From an uncultured Gemmatimonadales bacterium (GTDB lineage: Bacteria; Gemmatimonadota; Gemmatimonadetes; Gemmatimonadales; Gemmatimonadaceae), in contig CAWKMU010000004.1 of NCBI GenBank assembly GCA_963850905.1, forward strand, positions 32,001-96,000: a DNA stretch of 64,000 nt. The letters run 5' to 3'. A program made the translations under genes and the position numbers. Below are positions 60,101 through 64,000 of this stretch, one piece after another (position 1 is the first letter of the stretch; each line of letters starts with the position of its first letter). The notes beneath the pieces were generated by a model. It worked only from the letters and a program-made list of their open reading frames with translations. It had not been told where the DNA came from and ran no database searches.

Positions 60101-60712
60101 CGCTTCGTGACCGCGCGGCACATCGCGCGGTGCCTGGACGTGCAGTGGCGGGAGCAGCGTCCCGCGCCAGGCTGCAATCGGATGGATCACGACGTCCCAG
60201 CCGTCCGGCTCGCGGATGGCAGCGGCGGCCAGACTCGCAAGGCCGAGCGCAGCAATGGCGAGCCCGACGAGGGCGCGTCGTCGTGTCGTCTGTTGCAGAT
60301 GCGGCGCCAGAGGGCCACCGCGTCGCGGCGCGGTCGCTTGGAGGCGGGCCGCAAGATCGCGCGCACCGCGGCGCCCAAGAGCACCAGTGTGAGCGACCTC
60401 GAGTGCCCCGCGCAGAGCACCCAGGCGCAAGCGGCGCTCGCCTTCGATCGCCGCGGCCACCCGTGCGGTCGAGGCATCCTCGTGAAGGCGATGGATCGTG
60501 AACAGCACCAACCCCACCGCACCTGCGCCAGCCAAGGCCCAAGCGACAAACGGCAGCGCGGCCGGGAGCGACATCCACCGCCCGCTGCCTAACGAGAGGG
60601 CCGCGACGGCGAGGACAACCGTGGCGACGGCGAGCACGAGGCCGCCGCCCCAGACTGTGAGGATGCGGCCAAGCCGTGCTCGCTCGCGCGCGACTAACTC
60701 GACTACCGTCAC
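57128..60712 (-). CDS. DUF4175-like large membrane-anchored coiled-coil protein
   Basis: N-terminal TMs, Ig-like middle (DSAPHVEI, ALDDHAL), Gln-rich coiled coil, C-terminal LVLEYFKRIN. Confidence 0.8.
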   Translation of the reverse strand: MTVVELVARERARLGRILTVWGGGLVLAVATVVLAVAALSLGSGRWMSLPAALPFVAWALAGAGAVGLVLFTIHRLHEDASTARVAAAIEGERRLRLGALRGALEVAHTGALGRRGARDLAARLQATAPRRGGPLAPHLQQTTRRRALVGLAIAALGLASLAAAAIREPDGWDVVIHPIAAWRGTLLPPLHVQAPRDVPRGHEARVHILAEGRSRLRVSTRATGASWTHGWYPVVRGHVDLSTGPVAAEMVVVATDGRATSDTVVVRASDRPFVGGLALRAVYPTYLHWPDEPLAAGEVARVPRGTRIEIVGEASATLASVALVRGRDSAVLQPNGRHFTGHLLAELPGGQWTWHAAAESGPIADVPPALDVDVIPDSAPHVEIVGPSHDTTITIGDRIPVAIAALDDHALALVQLRSWRTSASGETLAPVVLPVSDSAVAQWSGIVALDLTGRGLQPGDAIHIVAEATDGSPWHQTSVSQERLLRVPSLSEERVIARTSADSAVSAATATAAAERQLEQRTEEASRARGARSGGTNGTSSTSSPAHTAMSYETAERAKALANQQRDLANKVQQLQRQTQQLERQLKQAGALDSALASELHQAQQLLNDALTPELRDQLSKLDQSADSLRSGDTRQSLEQLAQQEQQMRAQLDRSVDILKRAALEGAMQTLHDEARDIAKEEHARAESRPNTPPPNAAQQAAAQAAAQAAAQAAAQARADSETLANARPDSARTATNASRDGQSRPGQQPQQQANAGSPSPDPSRQDSARPQDPSQSRASAAAGQRSTDEQLAERSRTLSKDVDQLSHWLADQQAQSGSQQVGAARQHVDSSAQDMSQRQTSSAASQMDRAAQQLAQARQSQIQDWKNALTQQLDQSIQEAMQLARQESQLAQQAQGAQQQSERKAVQAGQSAVQQGAERTAERMQKASKQSALVSGNSQRALGAARTQVQNATKQAEQQLASGATANQSGSSSGDQSGNNGQTAASMRAAADALNQAAAAMMQDRERAASATSASGLPEMLQEMQQLAKAQASINAQAQGLAMSPGGHNPGGGVNPNARGVAEGERKLADALDRLGDDDVNGRAQGLANEAHQIADALSRSGIDQQTLIRQERLYHRLLDAGFTLEQDERDSTGKRVSQSATGKEQFTPADVAVDGRPAARFQQPSWSELRGLSSDERQLVLEYFKRINAQSP

Positions 60713-60767
60713 GGACTTAAGCTAACCTCCGCGTGCCCAGTCCGACCGCACGCTCGTCAGTCGTGGC

Positions 60768-61562
60768 CTATGCCGCAGGACGACTCGTCACCGCGTAGAC
60801 AAACAGGTTCACGCCCATCTTGAGTGCAGCCTCGTGCAAAGCGGGTGGGTCGTCGTACGTACCGACGTCCTCCCACCCATTGCCGAGGTCCGAAGAGAAG
60901 CTGTAGTACACGACGAGTCGATCCCCCAGGAAGATGCCGAATCCTCGCGCCGGCAACCCGTCGTGCAAGTGAATCTTGGGAATGCCTCGGGGGAAGTCGT
61001 AGACGATATGGTAGATGGGATGGCTGAGCGGGACGTCCACGAGCGGCCGGTCGGGATACACCCGCGCCATCTCACGCCGAAAACTGGGATCCAAGCCGTA
61101 ATTGTCGTCGACGTGCAGGAAACCACCCTGAGCGAGATAGTCTCTCAGGCGTTGGATCTCGGCGTCACTGAAATGAATGTTGCCGTGGCCCGTCGCGTGT
61201 AGAAACGGATAGTCGAACAAGCGATCGTCCATCAAGCTCACGCGCGCCTCAGCGGGGTCGACCTTCAGCGTCGTGCGTTCATTGATTGCGGCGATCAGGT
61301 TGGGGATGCTAGACGGATTCGCGTACCAGTCACCACCGCCGTCGTACTGCAGGCGCGCGATCGCTAGTTGGGGCGTTGCCTGCCGCTCAGACCGCGTTGC
61401 GCCAATTTCGGACGAGGCGATGGCAGCGTGCGACGCGTGCTGCCCGGCGACCGTCGGCCCAACCGAGAGTGCGGTCCGTCCGACGGCGGCGACTTGGGGC
61501 CCCCGGTCGGATGCTCCGGCGGCAAGACCAACGATCACCAGGAACGGTACGAACCTCACCAC
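60768..61562 (-). CDS. DUF4159-family protein
   Basis: YDGGGDWYANP, YPFLHATGHG, GGFLHVDDNYG, DLGNGWED, MGVNL. Confidence 0.88.
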   Translation of the reverse strand: MVRFVPFLVIVGLAAGASDRGPQVAAVGRTALSVGPTVAGQHASHAAIASSEIGATRSERQATPQLAIARLQYDGGGDWYANPSSIPNLIAAINERTTLKVDPAEARVSLMDDRLFDYPFLHATGHGNIHFSDAEIQRLRDYLAQGGFLHVDDNYGLDPSFRREMARVYPDRPLVDVPLSHPIYHIVYDFPRGIPKIHLHDGLPARGFGIFLGDRLVVYYSFSSDLGNGWEDVGTYDDPPALHEAALKMGVNLFVYAVTSRPAA

Positions 61563-61572
61563 GCGTCCTCCC

Positions 61573-62413
61573 TCACTCGGCGTCTGTCGATTCCCGGCCG
61601 GGCTCGTGCGCCAACCGATACGCGAGATTTCGTGGCACCCCTTCCTCGTGCATGAGGGCCGTCGCGATTTCGCGCGCCGGGGTACCAGCGGCCCGCAGCG
61701 CGTCGGCGCGAGCCCGCCAGGCGCCCTCATCGAGATGGTGTGTCGGCCCGTCCTTCAATAACGATCACGACCTCGCCGCGCGGCGGGGTGCTGCCGTAAT
61801 ACGCAGCAAGGTCGGCAACTGTTCCCCTTCGAACTTCTTCGTAGACCTTGGTCAACTCTCGCGCCACCGCCGCCTGCCGTCCCGCGGCCCCGGCGTCAGC
61901 CAACGCCGCGAGCGTCGACGCCGTCCGATTCGGGGCCTCGTAGAGCACGGCCACGTGCGGCAGCTGAGCTATGTCGGACATCGTAGCGCTGCGGTCGGTG
62001 AGACGACGTGGCGCGAACCCGAAAAAGGTGAAACGATCGCCGACCAGGCCCGACGCCACGAGCGCGGCAAGGAGTGCGGAGGCCCCGGGGATCGGGATCA
62101 CGCGGACCTCAGCATCGAGCGCGGCCCGCACGAGCCGCCCGCCGGGATCCGACAAGAGCGGCGTGCCGGCGTCACTGACCAGCGCCAGGTCTTCACCAGC
62201 CACCAGCCGAGCGACAAACCGCGGACTAGTGGCCGCCTCGTTGTGCTCGTGATACGCGGCCGTCGGCGTCGAGATGTCGAACCGGGTCAGCAGCGTGCGC
62301 GTCCGGCGAGTGTCCTCCGCCAGGATGAGCGAGACCTGTCGAAGCACCTCGACTCCGCGAAAGGTCATGTCGCCCAGGTTTCCGATCGGCGTGCTGACGA
62401 CGTACAGAGCCAT
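61573..62413 (-). CDS. rsmI: 16S rRNA C1402 2'-O-methyltransferase; C-terminal HTH shifted by +1 at about 61735
   Basis: LYVVSTPIGNLGD, AEDTR, SDAGTPLLSDPG, ARELTK; the tail ...PRNLAYRLA is in another frame. Confidence 0.9.
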
Positions 62414-62429
62414 GAGCGTCCTTCGGACG

Positions 62430-62538
62430 CTAGAGGGTAGAGAGTAAGTAGAAAGTAGACAAAAACTGCCGGGTGGAGCTCATCCGCACCACCCGGCGCC
62501 TGTCGTCTACTTTCTACTTTCTACTCTCTACTTTCTAG
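62430..62538. repeat. Long hairpin with heptamer-repeat arms (GTAGAAA/TTTCTAC)
   Basis: TAGAGGGTAGAGAGTAAGTAGAAAGTAGAC ... GCCGGGTGG/CCACCCGGC ... GTCTACTTTCTACTTTCTACTCTCTACTTTCTA. Confidence 0.75.
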
Positions 62539-62876
62539 GCGGCCGAAGGCACGCCTAGGTGTTCCTTGAACTTCCGCTCGAGATGCGGACGCGGGACGGC
62601 GCCGATCACCTGGTCGACGAGCTTGCCGTCCTTGAAAAACAGAATTGTTGGGATGGACCGCACGTTGAACCGCGTCGCCGTGGCCTGGTTCGAATCGACG
62701 TCGACCTTGGCTACCTTCGCCTTGCCTTCGTACTCGGCCGCGAGCTGCTCCAGCATCGGAGCGATCATCCGGCACGGGCCGCACCACGTGGCCCAGAAGT
62801 CCACGACGGCCAAGCCAGGATGCTGTTCGATCTCGGCCGCGAAATCACTGTCGCTTACTGCACGTGCCTTGGTCAT
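62535..62876 (-). CDS. trxA: Thioredoxin
   Basis: DFWATWCGPC, VRSIPT. Confidence 0.97.
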   Translation of the reverse strand: MTKARAVSDSDFAAEIEQHPGLAVVDFWATWCGPCRMIAPMLEQLAAEYEGKAKVAKVDVDSNQATATRFNVRSIPTILFFKDGKLVDQVIGAVPRPHLERKFKEHLGVPSAA

Positions 62877-63009
62877 TGCTCTGCTCCCTGCGCGCGCTTG
62901 CGCTGGTGTTACGAGTCAAACCTCCGCTGACGGACGTCGGGCGTAGCACAGACGCAAACCAGCGGCGGCGTTAACTTCGGTTTGATAAAGCCTCGTCCCC
63001 TTCTTCGTC

Positions 63010-63432
63010 ATGCCTCACAGTTCCCAGCCGTCTCCTGACGCGCCGGTCCGCATCGCCCATATCGGGATCGCCGTTCGTGCCCTCGGTGATGCCCTGCCCT
63101 TCTTCCGCGATGTCCTCGGGCTTCCGACTGTGCCCCTCGACGACGCCGACGGCGCGCGCATCGCGGGACTGGCAGCCGGCGACGCGCTGATCGAGTTGCT
63201 CGAGCCAGTCGCTGCCGATACCCCTGTCGGAAAGTTCGTCGCCCGACGCGGTCCGGGCCTGCATCACGTGTGTTTTGTAGTGCCTGATCTCGAAGCGGCG
63301 CTCCAGCGCTGCCGAGCCGCCGGCATACGTCTCATCGACGACGTGCCGCGCACCGGCGCAGAAGGAAAGCGCATTGCGTTCATTCATCCCAGCGCCACGG
63401 CCGGTGTCTTAGTCGAGCTGACAGAAGATTAA
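63010..63432 (+). CDS. mce: Methylmalonyl-CoA epimerase (VOC family)
   Basis: IAHIGIAV, IELLEP, GPGLHHVCF, GAEGKRIAFIHP, GVLVEL. Confidence 0.88.
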   Translation: MPHSSQPSPDAPVRIAHIGIAVRALGDALPFFRDVLGLPTVPLDDADGARIAGLAAGDALIELLEPVAADTPVGKFVARRGPGLHHVCFVVPDLEAALQRCRAAGIRLIDDVPRTGAEGKRIAFIHPSATAGVLVELTED

Positions 63433-63469
63433 TCCGGCACGCGCCCTGTCGGTTCCATCGCCCGAACGC

Positions 63470-63994
63470 TCAGTGGACGGGCTGACCAGCGTTGACGGTG
63501 CACGAGTGGACATCGCGCAGATCGATCTCCTTGACGTACCACCGGTCCTCGGGGCTTGCCTGCGTAGTGAAGAGTGTCGTCCGTGTGATCGGCCCGTTGT
63601 GCAGAACGAATCGGACTTGGCGGTCGCCATTGGGCGAGGCGTTCTCGTCGAGAAATCGCGCCGAATCATTGGCCAGACACTGCGCCATGATCACCTCGCT
63701 TTTCTCGATATCTTCCCGAGGGACCGTTTCGCGCGCCGGGCCCTTCTTGGTGCCCCACACGAGGCCCATCGCTTGGAGGTCCTGCGCGCGCACCGCGGCG
63801 AGGAACCGTTCCACCGCGCCGCGCGCGGTCGGCGCCCCAGACAGATCTGGGCTCGGCGTCGTCAATGTCGAATGGCACGCGGCAATCGCCACGGCCGCAC
63901 TGATGGTGACGAGAGACGCTAATCTACATCGCACGTTGAACTCACTCCCTCGATGGGACGGGGCGAAGCTAGCAGGAGGAGCAAATGGCAGCAA
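63470..63994 (-). CDS. Hypothetical lipoprotein (NTF2-like); start uncertain
   Basis: AIAAC lipobox, AVERFLAAVRAQDLQAM, RWYV. Confidence 0.6.
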   Translation of the reverse strand: MLPFAPPASFAPSHRGSEFNVRCRLASLVTISAAVAIAACHSTLTTPSPDLSGAPTARGAVERFLAAVRAQDLQAMGLVWGTKKGPARETVPREDIEKSEVIMAQCLANDSARFLDENASPNGDRQVRFVLHNGPITRTTLFTTQASPEDRWYVKEIDLRDVHSCTVNAGQPVH

Positions 63995-64000
63995 CCCGCT

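Overview
GC-rich bacterial chromosome segment, probably Gemmatimonadota (inferred from gene content, not from a database search). It has three zones. (1) 1-12.2 kb is the right end of an integrative mobilizable element: ECF sigma, MOBP-type relaxase plus MobC, a putative replication initiator with internal iteron-like repeats, a Xis-like HTH and a tyrosine integrase. It abuts the 5' end of tRNA-Ser(UGA) and carries an IS3 element interrupted by an IS30 element; a second, near-identical IS30 copy lies just past the tRNA. (2) 12.3-46.8 kb is an accessory region. It holds a kdp operon with an extra unannotated membrane peptide and a porin, a B12/radical SAM enzyme, several secreted hydrolases, a PrsW protease coupled to a Thr/Pro/Asp/Gly repeat protein, and tRNA-Ser(GCU). 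It also holds a compact biosynthetic operon (nitroreductase, PLP enzyme, IPMS/HCS-like enzyme, A-T-TE NRPS-like protein with a Cys-type TE, PPTase, DinB), the best candidate for an undescribed system. (3) 46.9-64 kb is mostly housekeeping genes: gltX, a LexA lacking its autocleavage residues, an aminotransferase, FAH, DinG, the DUF4159/DUF4175/TPR cluster, rsmI, trxA and mce. Three genes carry single-base +1 frameshifts that may be assembly errors. Family assignments come from motif recognition by eye.
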